Assembly: GCA_002497245.1 (NCBI GenBank)
Contig: DANB01000016.1
Coordinates: forward strand, 1-63,403
DNA: 63,403 nucleotides
Direction: 5' to 3'
DNA from: Euryarchaeota archaeon UBA439
Lineage (GTDB): Archaea; Thermoplasmatota; Poseidoniia; Poseidoniales; Thalassarchaeaceae
Under the pieces are notes generated by a model. The model had not been told where the DNA came from. It saw only the letters and a list, made by a program, of their open reading frames with translations, and made no database searches. Both the position numbers and the translations under genes were made by a program. This document shows, one piece after another, positions 47,612 to 57,640 of the stretch. Position 1 is the first letter of the stretch. The number at the start of each line of letters is the position of its first letter.

Positions 47612-48754
47612 ATGGTGCGCTTCTCAGATAGAGCAAATAGTATTCGTCCGACGGGTGTTAGACGGATGTTTGATCTTGCAGGAGATGATGCTATACAGTT
47701 TGGTTTGGGGGAACCCGACTTCCAACCTCCAACATTAGCAATCAAGGCATTTTCCAAGGCAATGGAAGAAGGTCGAAACAAGTATACTACTACTGCTGGC
47801 CTTCCTGAATTAAGGAAAAAAGTAGCCGAAACATGGCACCATAGAGATTCAACATTAGATGAGAGGAATGTATGCATAACCATGAGTGGAACAAACGCTT
47901 TATTGGATATATTTCTTGCATTAGTTAATCCTGGAGATAATGTATTGATACCCGAGCCATACTTTCCGTTATATCCAACCGATGTAGTTCTTTGTGGAGG
48001 TGAGGCAAATATGTATCCTTGTCATTTTGAAAATGGTTTTGTCCCTACAATTGAAGATTTAGAATCTCGAGTTAATGAAAATACTATTGCTATTCTTTAC
48101 AATTTCCCTAGTAACCCAACAGGAGGGAATGTGACTAAAGAACAAAGGGACACTCTCGTTCAATTTGCTAAAGAAAATGATTTGTGGCTTATTACTGATG
48201 AGGTTTACGATAAAATAGTCTATGACTCGGAACATGTTTCATTTTTAGGTGCTGGTTATGAGAAAGTGATTATGATTAACTCTTTTTCTAAGACTTTTGC
48301 GATGACTGGGTGGAGGATTGGTTATTTGTTGTCGCCAGATTTGGAAGCTATGGGGCAGTTGATTAAAATGCAGTATTATGTTACTGCTTGTAGTAACGAT
48401 GCCATGCAATATGCTGTATTAGAGGCTTTAGAAAAAGCTAGCAATTATCCGGCAGAGATGTGTGCCGAATTCAAAAAGAGAAGAGATCTGATTTGTGATA
48501 GACTAAATTCAATGCCGAATGTTTCTTGTAACATTCCAACAGGTGCATTTTATGTATTTCCCAAGTTTGATATCCCAGGTTATACAAGTGAAGAATTAGC
48601 TATGAAGATGTTAGAAGGAGGTGTTCTATGCTCTCCTGGAACTGCTTTCGGAGATGCAGGCGAGGGACATCTTAGATTTGCTTACACGATTTGTCAAGAA
48701 GAAATCTCTAGAGGGATGGATAGAGTTGAAGAAATTATTTCCAAACTAATTTAG
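47612..48754 (+). CDS. aspC: Class I PLP aminotransferase (aspartate aminotransferase-like)
   Basis: NSFSKTFAMTGWRIGY (PLP lysine), NFPSNPTGG, and LRFAY. Confidence 0.9.
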   Translation: MVRFSDRANSIRPTGVRRMFDLAGDDAIQFGLGEPDFQPPTLAIKAFSKAMEEGRNKYTTTAGLPELRKKVAETWHHRDSTLDERNVCITMSGTNALLDIFLALVNPGDNVLIPEPYFPLYPTDVVLCGGEANMYPCHFENGFVPTIEDLESRVNENTIAILYNFPSNPTGGNVTKEQRDTLVQFAKENDLWLITDEVYDKIVYDSEHVSFLGAGYEKVIMINSFSKTFAMTGWRIGYLLSPDLEAMGQLIKMQYYVTACSNDAMQYAVLEALEKASNYPAEMCAEFKKRRDLICDRLNSMPNVSCNIPTGAFYVFPKFDIPGYTSEELAMKMLEGGVLCSPGTAFGDAGEGHLRFAYTICQEEISRGMDRVEEIISKLI

Positions 48755-48762
48755 GCGTTAAT

Positions 48763-48981
48763 ATGAGTATTCTTCTTTCTTATGGCTCAGGCATAGTAAC
48801 TTTATTTCTCTCTTGGTTTTTACTTAAGGACATACTTTATGCAAGCATTACAGCATTTTTTTTCTCATCATTATTTTTGTATCTAGAAGGTCCCAATGCC
48901 GTTGCCTTTTCTCTTTGTTTATCGAATGGTTGGATAATTCTGAATGCAATTATTGAACAATTATTTCCAGTAAACAATTAA
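48763..48981 (+). CDS. Small membrane protein (72 aa)
   Basis: Two or three hydrophobic helices, 8 nt downstream of aspC. No family recognised. Confidence 0.4.
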   Translation: MSILLSYGSGIVTLFLSWFLLKDILYASITAFFFSSLFLYLEGPNAVAFSLCLSNGWIILNAIIEQLFPVNN

Positions 48982-50081
48982 CCAAATAGGTTGAATGGAA
49001 TATCAATCATCCTACCCTCCTCATCGTCTTTTTCATCTTTAGAAATAAGATTATCTTCTTCATTTTCGATTTCTTCTTCATATTGTTCCTCTATTTCTTC
49101 CTCATCCTTGGGAAGAGGGAGGCTCTGCTGCGATAGATTCTCTAAATCCTCTTCTTTATCCTTCATCCAAGGCGAAAGGCCATTTGAGCCACCTAATACG
49201 CTGATAGTAGTGAACGCTGCCATCGGCAATACAGAAATTGCTACTAAGAAATCGATAATTGCAGTTTCAGGAACCTGTGCCTCTGGAGCTACAAAATTTA
49301 AGATTAAACCTTCCAATTGAACATCATGCCATTGTGAAATATCAATTCCTAATGAAGTTAATGAAAACTGAAGAATTACTCTAGCACATGCCCATAAGAT
49401 AATTACAGGTAGAATCCAGGAAATTTTTGTTATTCTCCATAGGATTTTCCTAAACATTGCAGCAAATCCGACAAATTGTGAAGAAATAATTGGTTGTACT
49501 CTGAATGAAATCCATAAGCCAATAACATATCCTAGCATACCTAATTCGAATGCACTGTCCTTTCTAATTAGTTCTTCAGGAATACCTTCCATAATTATTA
49601 GTGGAATTGAGATTAACAGTACTTGTGATGGCACAGCAAGTAATTGTAATCCCCCATGTACTGCAAATAATTCAGATTGATCACTTTTTATTCTGTTTGC
49701 AACTAATCTGCTCATTTTTCCATAAGGGCTAGAATAAGCAGACATTTTGGCTCTATCAATAAGTTCTGGGTCATACTTCCTTCTACTAAGTCCGACAGTG
49801 GCTATCCAACCTCCTCTTTCAACAACCGGTGAAGGCCGGTAACCTCCAACAATCAGAGCTAACGCGAGACATATAATCCCATAAGTCAATCCTGATACTA
49901 GAATCCAATAGAATAATTCTGCTCTTATCGATATGCCAAAATTTTCTCTATCTATATCAATTAGATATGTAAGAGAGAAACCAATTATTGGAATAATTGT
50001 AATTTGAATAAGTAAAATTAGTGCCAAACCCAATCTATGAGAAAGACTGGCCCTACCCTCCATATTCTGCACGCGACTCAA
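48978..50081 (-). CDS. Polytopic membrane protein with highly acidic C-terminal tail
   Basis: 367-aa ORF with about 8 helices. Tail KDEEEIEEQYEEEIENEEDN. Confidence 0.6.
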   Translation of the reverse strand: MSRVQNMEGRASLSHRLGLALILLIQITIIPIIGFSLTYLIDIDRENFGISIRAELFYWILVSGLTYGIICLALALIVGGYRPSPVVERGGWIATVGLSRRKYDPELIDRAKMSAYSSPYGKMSRLVANRIKSDQSELFAVHGGLQLLAVPSQVLLISIPLIIMEGIPEELIRKDSAFELGMLGYVIGLWISFRVQPIISSQFVGFAAMFRKILWRITKISWILPVIILWACARVILQFSLTSLGIDISQWHDVQLEGLILNFVAPEAQVPETAIIDFLVAISVLPMAAFTTISVLGGSNGLSPWMKDKEEDLENLSQQSLPLPKDEEEIEEQYEEEIENEEDNLISKDEKDDEEGRMIDIPFNLFG

Positions 50082-50217
50082 TTAATGCATAAGTCCTTCA
50101 TTGATAATTCATCAGTAGGTGTAGTTTTTATGAGTATTTTCTCTTTTTCATTAATACTACCAACTGAATCGCTCACAAACTTTTACCCCCAACCTTCTTA
50201 CACGATTTCTGTACCGA

Positions 50218-53200
50218 ATGGACTTGTTAATCATGCGTATGCTAACTCCAATCTTTGTGTTGTCAATTTTGATTATGATGAGTTTATCTCCTTTATTTGT
50301 TAATTCAGAATTACAGGAAAATGAAAATAGGGACGATATAGGACCTAAATCTTTGATTGATTTTGAGATATCATCCATAGAAATTGGTAATCAAACAAGA
50401 GATGCTAAGGAATGGACTCAGCCAGATAACTCGATAGTCGAATATATCATGAGGGATGAAACAATTCAAATTAATGTAACTTATACTCAGGCAGGATCTT
50501 CCGGTCAACCAGCATCTGCTGAAGGTTATCTTCAGATATGGCACCCAGTTGGCTTTATGATAGCAGAATATAACGTAAGTATGCTTCTTTCTGGTTTCCA
50601 GTCTTTGAAAGCAACTTTTGTTTGGACTCCGAGTTCTGCTCACAGTGCATTAGATGAGAATGGTTACCTAGTAGGTGGAATCATCCTAAGAGGTATAGTT
50701 GATGGTGGTCTGGCTGACGACACGGAATCAAATAATGAATTAGATCGTTATGTGCCTGTCGCAATGTGGAACGATCCTATGGAAAATGGTTTCTGTGGCG
50801 ACGTAGATGGAGACAATGTGATTGATTGCACCAATCAACTTCAAGCAAATGTGCCAACTTGGGTAGGTGCTGGATACGATTCTTCGGGGCAATTATCATC
50901 TGACCCAGATAGCTTTGGCCATTGGAGAATGGAAAACGCTTCTAGCGAAGAAGGGGAGAATCATTGGCGTGTATCTCGACCAGGTGCAAATTATGCCAGC
51001 AATCGACATGATAGACTTTGGTGGGGATGGTTCACTCCGTTTGACAATTGTAACGAGCCAGGGCACGGACTAGGGCTAGGTACTCTAGACTCTGCTGTCA
51101 GTTCGAATTATGGTAATAATTTCTGTAAGATTCGACTCAAAGGTTTTGATTTCTTAACCATTCAATTGGTGACAAATGCATGGGGGGAAATGGCAGCAGG
51201 TGATGAAATGAGAATTGAAGCGGATTCAGGAGGTGTTAAAGAATTCTACAATTTTTCTTCTCAACCTCTTTCAACTACTGGTGAATGGACTCAGTTAGTT
51301 TGGAATATGACCGAAGTCCATCCATCAGCAGAGTATACTTTGGCCTTCAAATTTGACTCAAATAGTTCCTTTTCAAGTCAAGGTATACAAATTGATTCAT
51401 TCATAATTTTCGCTATTCAAAAGGTTCCTCAATATACTCTGGACTTTGATTGTGATGATCCACTTCCAAACTCTTACTTAGTAGTTCCATCCGATCCGCA
51501 TCCTCCCTCTTTGTATTGCAGTATCAAGAATAATGGCTATGTAGATATTACTTTGAGACTCTATACAGAAGTTACAAATCGTTCATGGATGTATGATTTT
51601 CCATTAAGAATTGATTCTAATAACCCTGTAGATCATGATAATTATGTAATTACCAAGGTAATCCCTGCTCTAAGTTATATGGATACTTGGTTTAATCTTA
51701 CAATTCCTGATGCTTCGGGTGTACAGGACTTATATTGGGATGTTTGGGTAAATGATGGAATCACTAATATTACCAAAGAGTATGTTAGTTTACCAGTTTC
51801 AGTTATGCCTGCTTATTCAAGCAAATTAAGGCAGGTCACTTTACAGAATCCAGCTGCAACTTTGGAACCTGGGGCAAGTGGTATTATCCCAATGTCTTTC
51901 AAAAATACAGGTAATCAAATAGCAACTTGGAGTTTTGATGCAGCATGGCCTAATATTGACTGGGTCGACAATGCTGACATTAAATGGTATTACAACGGTT
52001 CCGAGGTTTCGACACTAGAACTAGCTTTAACCGATGATGTATTGATTGATGCTGTAATTACGGCACCTCCTCAAGTGTCTCCTGGGACATATTCTGTAAC
52101 ATTACTTGCATCTGGTGTTTCTCCAGCTCAATATCTTGCTGAATGGCAAGTGAATATTGTTGTTCCAATTTACTCTGATTTATTAATAGAACCAGAGGTT
52201 TTCAATTTAGTTGCTCCCGCAGATAATTCTTTGAGACTAATAGAAATTAGGTTGGTGAATAATGGGAATTCCCCCGAATCTTTCGATTTAAGTATCCAGG
52301 CCGATTGGAAACTAGGCTTGGAAATGAATACAGAACAGACTTTTGAAATTGATCCATTCGGTGGAGACACTACAGTAACTATGCTTCTTCCCATGCCTTA
52401 CGGTATTGTGGCTGAAACTTATTCAATTATCTTAACTGCTTCGAGTAAATTAAATTCTGATTACCAAATGTCATCCCAGATGTTATTAACAGTTCCAGAA
52501 ACAAATTTAGTTGAAGTTGAAGATTTAGATATGTTAGACGAGGTTTTCCGTGGGGGAGACGACCCTAGAACTGTTAATTGGCGTATCTGGAATAGAGGAA
52601 ATGTCGCAGATTCTTTCGAAATATCTTTTGACCATTTTTCAGATGTTTCCGCATCTGCTGTAGGGCTTAGTGATGGTAAGACTCCATATATTCTTCCTGG
52701 AGAATCACATAATCTCACTGTAAGATATTCTTTTAGTTCATTGACCTTTGGGGATAGGACAATTTCAATGACAGCTACCAGCGTCCTTTCTCAATCTTCT
52801 GAATCTCCGGTTTCGGGAACAGGAAACGCTGATTTCCAAGTTGGTGCTCAAGGTTGGATAACTCTAACTCCTCCGGGATTAATTGAAATTAGAGAAGGAG
52901 GAAATGATATAGAAATTACTTTCAATGTAAAGAATGAACATCCAACAGATGCTCAGTTGTTAAGAGCAGATATTGATAGAAATTCCAATATTTTCTACAA
53001 TATAGTAGATGCAAGAGTAGATACGGGTGATCAAAACTTCGTCTTAGAAGCTCAATCAATGAGAGAAATCACTGTCTTTTTGACCGCTACTGACGAAAAT
53101 TTAAGGAATTTGAATAATAATTCTGAGGTATTCATGCTACCTCTCAATGTAGACGGAGATATTGACAAAGTTTCTATGTCTGCTAGTATTCAAATGTTCA

Positions 53201-53664
53201 AGATTGATCCAGTAGATACTGGAACTAATGCAGGAGAATATGCTGGTTTGGCAGGCAATATTATTTTCATATTAATTGGTTTAGTGATTTTAGGTGCTGT
53301 TTTAGTAGTAACTTTCAGAATAATGCGTAGTGCTTCCTCTCCTTTAGAAGAACTTTCAACTTTTGATGATTACGAATACACTCAAGGAAATAATTTCAAT
53401 CCAACTACTTTACCAAATGCTCCAGATTTGCCCTCGGAGGATAAAGTTGCAAATTCAATGTACGGTGGTTCTGAAGATATATTCAAACAACCTCCACCGC
53501 CTTTACCACCGGCTGAAACTTCTGTAGAAGAATTACAGCCTGAAGAAGAAAACTTACCGCCAGGAGTGCCCGAGATACCAGATTCAGGACTGCCTGAAGG
53601 ATGGACAATGGAACAATGGGTTCATTATGGTCAAGCATGGATTGATCAGCAGAATGAATCTTAA
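50218..53664 (+). CDS. Giant (1148 aa) surface protein: signal peptide, repeated beta-sandwich-like modules, single C-terminal TM anchor, Pro-rich cytoplasmic tail
   Basis: Signal LSPLFVNSE. Recurrent N-x-G-N/F-x-L modules (IKNNGYVDITL, FKNTGNQIATWSF, LVNNGNSPESFDL, IWNRGNVADSFEI, NVKNEHPTDAQL), CARDB-like. TM helix IIFILIGLVILGAVLVVTF. Confidence 0.75.
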   Translation: MDLLIMRMLTPIFVLSILIMMSLSPLFVNSELQENENRDDIGPKSLIDFEISSIEIGNQTRDAKEWTQPDNSIVEYIMRDETIQINVTYTQAGSSGQPASAEGYLQIWHPVGFMIAEYNVSMLLSGFQSLKATFVWTPSSAHSALDENGYLVGGIILRGIVDGGLADDTESNNELDRYVPVAMWNDPMENGFCGDVDGDNVIDCTNQLQANVPTWVGAGYDSSGQLSSDPDSFGHWRMENASSEEGENHWRVSRPGANYASNRHDRLWWGWFTPFDNCNEPGHGLGLGTLDSAVSSNYGNNFCKIRLKGFDFLTIQLVTNAWGEMAAGDEMRIEADSGGVKEFYNFSSQPLSTTGEWTQLVWNMTEVHPSAEYTLAFKFDSNSSFSSQGIQIDSFIIFAIQKVPQYTLDFDCDDPLPNSYLVVPSDPHPPSLYCSIKNNGYVDITLRLYTEVTNRSWMYDFPLRIDSNNPVDHDNYVITKVIPALSYMDTWFNLTIPDASGVQDLYWDVWVNDGITNITKEYVSLPVSVMPAYSSKLRQVTLQNPAATLEPGASGIIPMSFKNTGNQIATWSFDAAWPNIDWVDNADIKWYYNGSEVSTLELALTDDVLIDAVITAPPQVSPGTYSVTLLASGVSPAQYLAEWQVNIVVPIYSDLLIEPEVFNLVAPADNSLRLIEIRLVNNGNSPESFDLSIQADWKLGLEMNTEQTFEIDPFGGDTTVTMLLPMPYGIVAETYSIILTASSKLNSDYQMSSQMLLTVPETNLVEVEDLDMLDEVFRGGDDPRTVNWRIWNRGNVADSFEISFDHFSDVSASAVGLSDGKTPYILPGESHNLTVRYSFSSLTFGDRTISMTATSVLSQSSESPVSGTGNADFQVGAQGWITLTPPGLIEIREGGNDIEITFNVKNEHPTDAQLLRADIDRNSNIFYNIVDARVDTGDQNFVLEAQSMREITVFLTATDENLRNLNNNSEVFMLPLNVDGDIDKVSMSASIQMFKIDPVDTGTNAGEYAGLAGNIIFILIGLVILGAVLVVTFRIMRSASSPLEELSTFDDYEYTQGNNFNPTTLPNAPDLPSEDKVANSMYGGSEDIFKQPPPPLPPAETSVEELQPEEENLPPGVPEIPDSGLPEGWTMEQWVHYGQAWIDQQNES

Positions 53665-53753
53665 ATCTTAGTTTTTTGATTTCAACTTATTGTGGGAGGC
53701 CTTATGAGGGTCTCTTAAGTGGCCCGAATCCCAATACAGGTGGCTGATTTCTA

Positions 53754-55364
53754 ATGTACAATGGACAACAACCAATATTTATCCTAAAAGAAGGCACTGA
53801 AAGAACCAGTGGGCGTTCTGCTCAGAGCAATAACATTGCTGCAGCTAAGGCAGTAGCAGATTCCGTTCGTTCTACACTAGGTCCTAAAGGAATGGACAAA
53901 ATGCTGGTTGATGGAATGGGTGACGTAGTAATCACAAACGATGGTGCTACAATCTTAAAGCAAATGGATATCACAAATCCGGCTGCAAAAATGATAATCG
54001 AAGTTGCTAAAACTCAGGAGCAGCATTGTTTCGACGGAACTACAAGTGCTGTTGTCATTGCCGGGGAATTATTGAAAAGAAGTGAAGATTTAATTGATCA
54101 GAATGTACACCCTACTGTAATTTGTGAGGGATTCCGTTTAGCCGCAGAGAAAGCTGCAGAGTTAATTGAGAGCCATTCTCTTGAAATAAATGAGCAAATG
54201 TTGACTGAAGTTGCTAAGACCGCATTGACTGGTAAGAGTGCCGGAGCAGTGAAAGAATTCTTAGCGGATATCTGCGTTAGAGCAGTTCTATCCGTTGCTC
54301 AGGAAGTTGATGGTGACACAGTTGTTGATCTTGATGATGTCAAAGTTGAAAAGAAACAAGGCGGTTCTATTGGCAGTAGTACTTTGGTTGATGGAATTAT
54401 TTTGGATAAAGAAAGAGTTCACTCGGGAATGCCTAAGGTAGTTAATGATGCTAAGATAGCACTAATAAATTCTGCAATAGAGGTTAAGAAAACAGAGGTT
54501 GATGCTAAGATCCAGATCACAGATCCAAATATGTTGTCCCAGTTTTTAGATGAAGAAGAGTCATATCTAAAATCTTTAGTTGAGACCATTAAATCATCTG
54601 GTGCAACTGTAGTAATATGTCAAAAGGGTATTGATGACTTAGCACAACATTACATGTCAAAATCAGGTTTAATGGCAATCAGAAGAGCAAAGAAAAGTGA
54701 TATGGAAGCACTTTCTAAAGCAACAGGTGGAAAAATAATTACTAATATTGATGATTTATCCTCTGATGATTTAGGTCATGCATCTAAAGTTGATGAGCGT
54801 AAAATAGGTGAATCTGATATGATTTTTATTACTGGATGTAAAGATGCCAAGAGCGTTTCGGTACTTCTAAGAGGTGGTACTGAACATGTTATTGATGAAA
54901 TTAATCGTGCATTTGATGATGCTATTGGCGTAGTTGCCGTAGCCTATGAAGACGGGTCAGTTTTGACAGGTGGAGGCTCTGTATTAGCGGCAATTAGTAG
55001 GTCATTAAGGTCATATGCCGAAGGAATTGGAGGCAGAGAACAGATGGCGATTGAAGCCTTTTCAGGAGCTTTAGAAGTAATTCCAAGGACATTAGCAGAA
55101 AATGCAGGGCTAGATCCTGTGAACACAATAATTGATCTAAGAAAAGCTCACTCTGAAGGGAAATCAGAGTTTGGAGTAAATGTTTACGAAGGTGGTGTGG
55201 CTAATATGGCTAATAGTAAGGTATTCGAGCCTAGCCGAGTAGTCGACCAAGCGATCCAATCTGCTACCGAGACTGCAGTGATGATTCTTAGAATTGATGA
55301 TGTTATTTCCAGTAGAGCCTCCAGTCCAATGGAAGGTGGAGAATTCGATGGAATGGGGATGTAA
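53754..55364 (+). CDS. thsA: Thermosome subunit (group II chaperonin)
   Basis: [24 protein letters not shown], and VAGGG-type motifs (LTGGGSVL). C-terminal GGEFDGMGM. Confidence 0.95.
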   Translation: MYNGQQPIFILKEGTERTSGRSAQSNNIAAAKAVADSVRSTLGPKGMDKMLVDGMGDVVITNDGATILKQMDITNPAAKMIIEVAKTQEQHCFDGTTSAVVIAGELLKRSEDLIDQNVHPTVICEGFRLAAEKAAELIESHSLEINEQMLTEVAKTALTGKSAGAVKEFLADICVRAVLSVAQEVDGDTVVDLDDVKVEKKQGGSIGSSTLVDGIILDKERVHSGMPKVVNDAKIALINSAIEVKKTEVDAKIQITDPNMLSQFLDEEESYLKSLVETIKSSGATVVICQKGIDDLAQHYMSKSGLMAIRRAKKSDMEALSKATGGKIITNIDDLSSDDLGHASKVDERKIGESDMIFITGCKDAKSVSVLLRGGTEHVIDEINRAFDDAIGVVAVAYEDGSVLTGGGSVLAAISRSLRSYAEGIGGREQMAIEAFSGALEVIPRTLAENAGLDPVNTIIDLRKAHSEGKSEFGVNVYEGGVANMANSKVFEPSRVVDQAIQSATETAVMILRIDDVISSRASSPMEGGEFDGMGM

Positions 55365-55462
55365 ATAGTCCTATTCAATAACTTAATTCAATCACTTCAA
55401 CACGCTACATTCAATAATCGTCGATATCTCGAAGTATTGCCCTGAGTGGTATAGGTGCTTCT

Positions 55463-57640
55463 ATGTCAGCTGTTCGTCCCCTCTTGGTGTTGTTTGGTTC
55501 TCAATCTGGTAACGCCGAGGATGTTGCTTCTAAAGTTGGGAAAGCCGCATCTAAATATGGACTTGAGGCAACAGTAAAAGGAATGGATGAAATCAAAATT
55601 AGCGATATGGCGGGTCAAAAAAGAATAATGATTTGTTGTAGCACTTGGGGAGAGGGTGAGCAACCAGATAACGCAGAGGATCTATGGACTTCAGCCAATG
55701 CTGATGACTCTCCTTCGATGAGTGGCGTGAATTTCTCTGTTCTAGCATTGGGCGATTCTTCATATGATTTATTTTGCGAATCTGGTAAAGAATGGGACTC
55801 CTGGTTAGAGTCTAAAGGAGGAGTTAGAATAAATCAACGTGTAGATTGTGATGTTGATTATGAAGCTCCTGCTAAAGAGTGGATGGATGAAACTCTTGCG
55901 AGGATGGGTGCAGTAGATGATTCAGGAGTTTTCCAAGAAAGCTTAGTTGAAGAAGTGAAAAATAATGTTTCTGGCAGCGCATCAAATAAGGCGGAACCAG
56001 AGTCGAAAAGTTCAGAATCTTCAATTGAGATTTCTACAGATGGCGATCGTTCAATGACGATTCTCTTCGGTTCTCAATCTGGAAACGCGGAAGGTCTAGC
56101 GGCGAAGTTTGCCAAACAAGCCACCAATTATGGTTTAGATGCTGAAGTTGCAGATATGGATGGCTTTGATTTATCTTCATTATCTTCTAAGAAGAGAGTT
56201 TTGATCATCTGTTCTACATGGGGCGAAGGCGAGCAACCAGATAATGCAGAGGAATTATGGAAAAAAGCAGTCTCTGCATCTTCTGGTTTACTAAATGGAG
56301 TTTATTTCTCAGTCTTGGCACTTGGAGACACATCGTATGAGTTGTTTTGTGAATCTGGTAAAGAATGGGATAAAAGGTTTGAAGAATTAGGTGCTATCAG
56401 ATTGGTCGATAGAGTAGATTGTGATGTAGACTATGATAAAGTATCCCAATTATGGGCGGAAGAAGCTCTTGCTTCAATGGCCGCAGTCGATGGCGAGGGG
56501 ATCTTCCATGAAGAAATGGTCCAAGCAATAAAAGATTCAATTACATCTGATTCAGCAGGCGCATCCGGAGAAGATGGTTTTACAGTTCCAAATCTCAAGT
56601 CCGATTCTTTAATGGCTGAGATTAGTATTTTCAGATATGACCCTTCTTCTTCGACAACAGGTAAAGATACGTGGATTTGTTCATTACCTGGACACATGTC
56701 TATCCTAGATGTTCTCCGAACTCTGAAAAATACTCAAGATGGCTCTTTAACCTTTAGAGATGGCGCGATAGATGATCCAACTACTGCTATTACAATAAAT
56801 GGCAGACATGTTTTACCTGGTAATCTGAGACTAGACCTAGCAGCTCCAATTCGTGATGGTGGAATTAGTATTAAGATAGAACCACTCAATGGTTTTGAAG
56901 TAATTAGAGATTTAGTAGTTGATTATTGGGCTTTTGAGACAAAACGAGAGGCGAGTAAGCCTTGGATGGTATCTGTAACTAGAAAAGGATTGAGCACCCC
57001 TCAAGGGGCTATTGGCTCTATGGAACCTCTTATCGCCTCTGAACTCCATTCAATTACTGATATTCACAGTTATCCAATTCTTCATTCTTGTTCCGATGCT
57101 ACATCTCATTCTGATGAATATTTGGGCCCCTCAATTATTTCTCATGCCTGGGCGAGAAGAAATGACCCTCGTCTATCCCCTATTAAGAAGAAGGAAATTG
57201 AGGATCTACTTGATTCCCCTAATGGCATTAAGGCTGAAACAGATTTGTCTTCAATAAGAAGACAAGGTAAAGGTTCGATAATCCACGATTCTCTTTTAAA
57301 TTGTAAAACCTCATCTTTAGCAAGAACAGGATATAATGGTCGTCATGGAAAGCATGTCTGGTGGTATGCAGTCACTGTCAAAAGTAGTGGTAAAGTAAAT
57401 GATACCGTATTGTATCGTCAGGTTTTAGGGCCAGTTGGATTGATTGGAAATTTATTTTCTGGAGTCACTGCTAGAATGGTACTTGGTTTCACTAGAACTG
57501 GCGGTAACATGATTAACGATATGTTAGCATTAATAGCTCCTCCAGCAGGTCTCGGAAAGATGCCTCGTCAGTTTAATGCTTCAGTAAAAAATCATCATGA
57601 GGTGGTAGCAATATTCAATGAGATGGATGGTCGATTTTAA
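55463..57640 (+). CDS. Fusion protein: flavodoxin-like x2 + cysteine-depleted SdhB/FrdB-like module
   Basis: Two CysJ-type flavodoxin units (LFGSQSGNAE..CSTWGEGEQPDNAE..FSVLALGD.SY.LFCESGKEWD..RVDCDVDY). Then ISIFRYDP..SILDVLRTLK..SLTFRDGAIDDPTTAITINGRHVLPG..IKIEPLNGFEVIRDLVVDY, which aligns to E. coli SdhB. Confidence 0.85.
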   Translation: MSAVRPLLVLFGSQSGNAEDVASKVGKAASKYGLEATVKGMDEIKISDMAGQKRIMICCSTWGEGEQPDNAEDLWTSANADDSPSMSGVNFSVLALGDSSYDLFCESGKEWDSWLESKGGVRINQRVDCDVDYEAPAKEWMDETLARMGAVDDSGVFQESLVEEVKNNVSGSASNKAEPESKSSESSIEISTDGDRSMTILFGSQSGNAEGLAAKFAKQATNYGLDAEVADMDGFDLSSLSSKKRVLIICSTWGEGEQPDNAEELWKKAVSASSGLLNGVYFSVLALGDTSYELFCESGKEWDKRFEELGAIRLVDRVDCDVDYDKVSQLWAEEALASMAAVDGEGIFHEEMVQAIKDSITSDSAGASGEDGFTVPNLKSDSLMAEISIFRYDPSSSTTGKDTWICSLPGHMSILDVLRTLKNTQDGSLTFRDGAIDDPTTAITINGRHVLPGNLRLDLAAPIRDGGISIKIEPLNGFEVIRDLVVDYWAFETKREASKPWMVSVTRKGLSTPQGAIGSMEPLIASELHSITDIHSYPILHSCSDATSHSDEYLGPSIISHAWARRNDPRLSPIKKKEIEDLLDSPNGIKAETDLSSIRRQGKGSIIHDSLLNCKTSSLARTGYNGRHGKHVWWYAVTVKSSGKVNDTVLYRQVLGPVGLIGNLFSGVTARMVLGFTRTGGNMINDMLALIAPPAGLGKMPRQFNASVKNHHEVVAIFNEMDGRF
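55478..56498 (+). repeat. Intragenic tandem duplication (period about 573 nt) encoding the two flavodoxin units
   Basis: Nucleotide-level similarity is visible, e.g. ggttctcaatctggtaacgc (55497) vs ggttctcaatctggaaacgc (56069), and gagcaaccagataacgcagagga vs gagcaaccagataatgcagagga. Confidence 0.8.

Noticed and set aside
47292-47883. Minus-strand ORFs 47292..47501 and 47491..47883
   Set aside because: The first lies antisense across the tRNA-Trp/intron locus. The second is antisense to the aspC 5' end and its promoter region. Neither has motifs.
48991-49320. 109-aa Ser-rich ORF
   Set aside because: It is the antisense shadow of the Glu/Asp-rich tail of the 367-aa membrane protein (GAA/GAT repeats read as TTC/ATC), so it is a low-complexity artefact.
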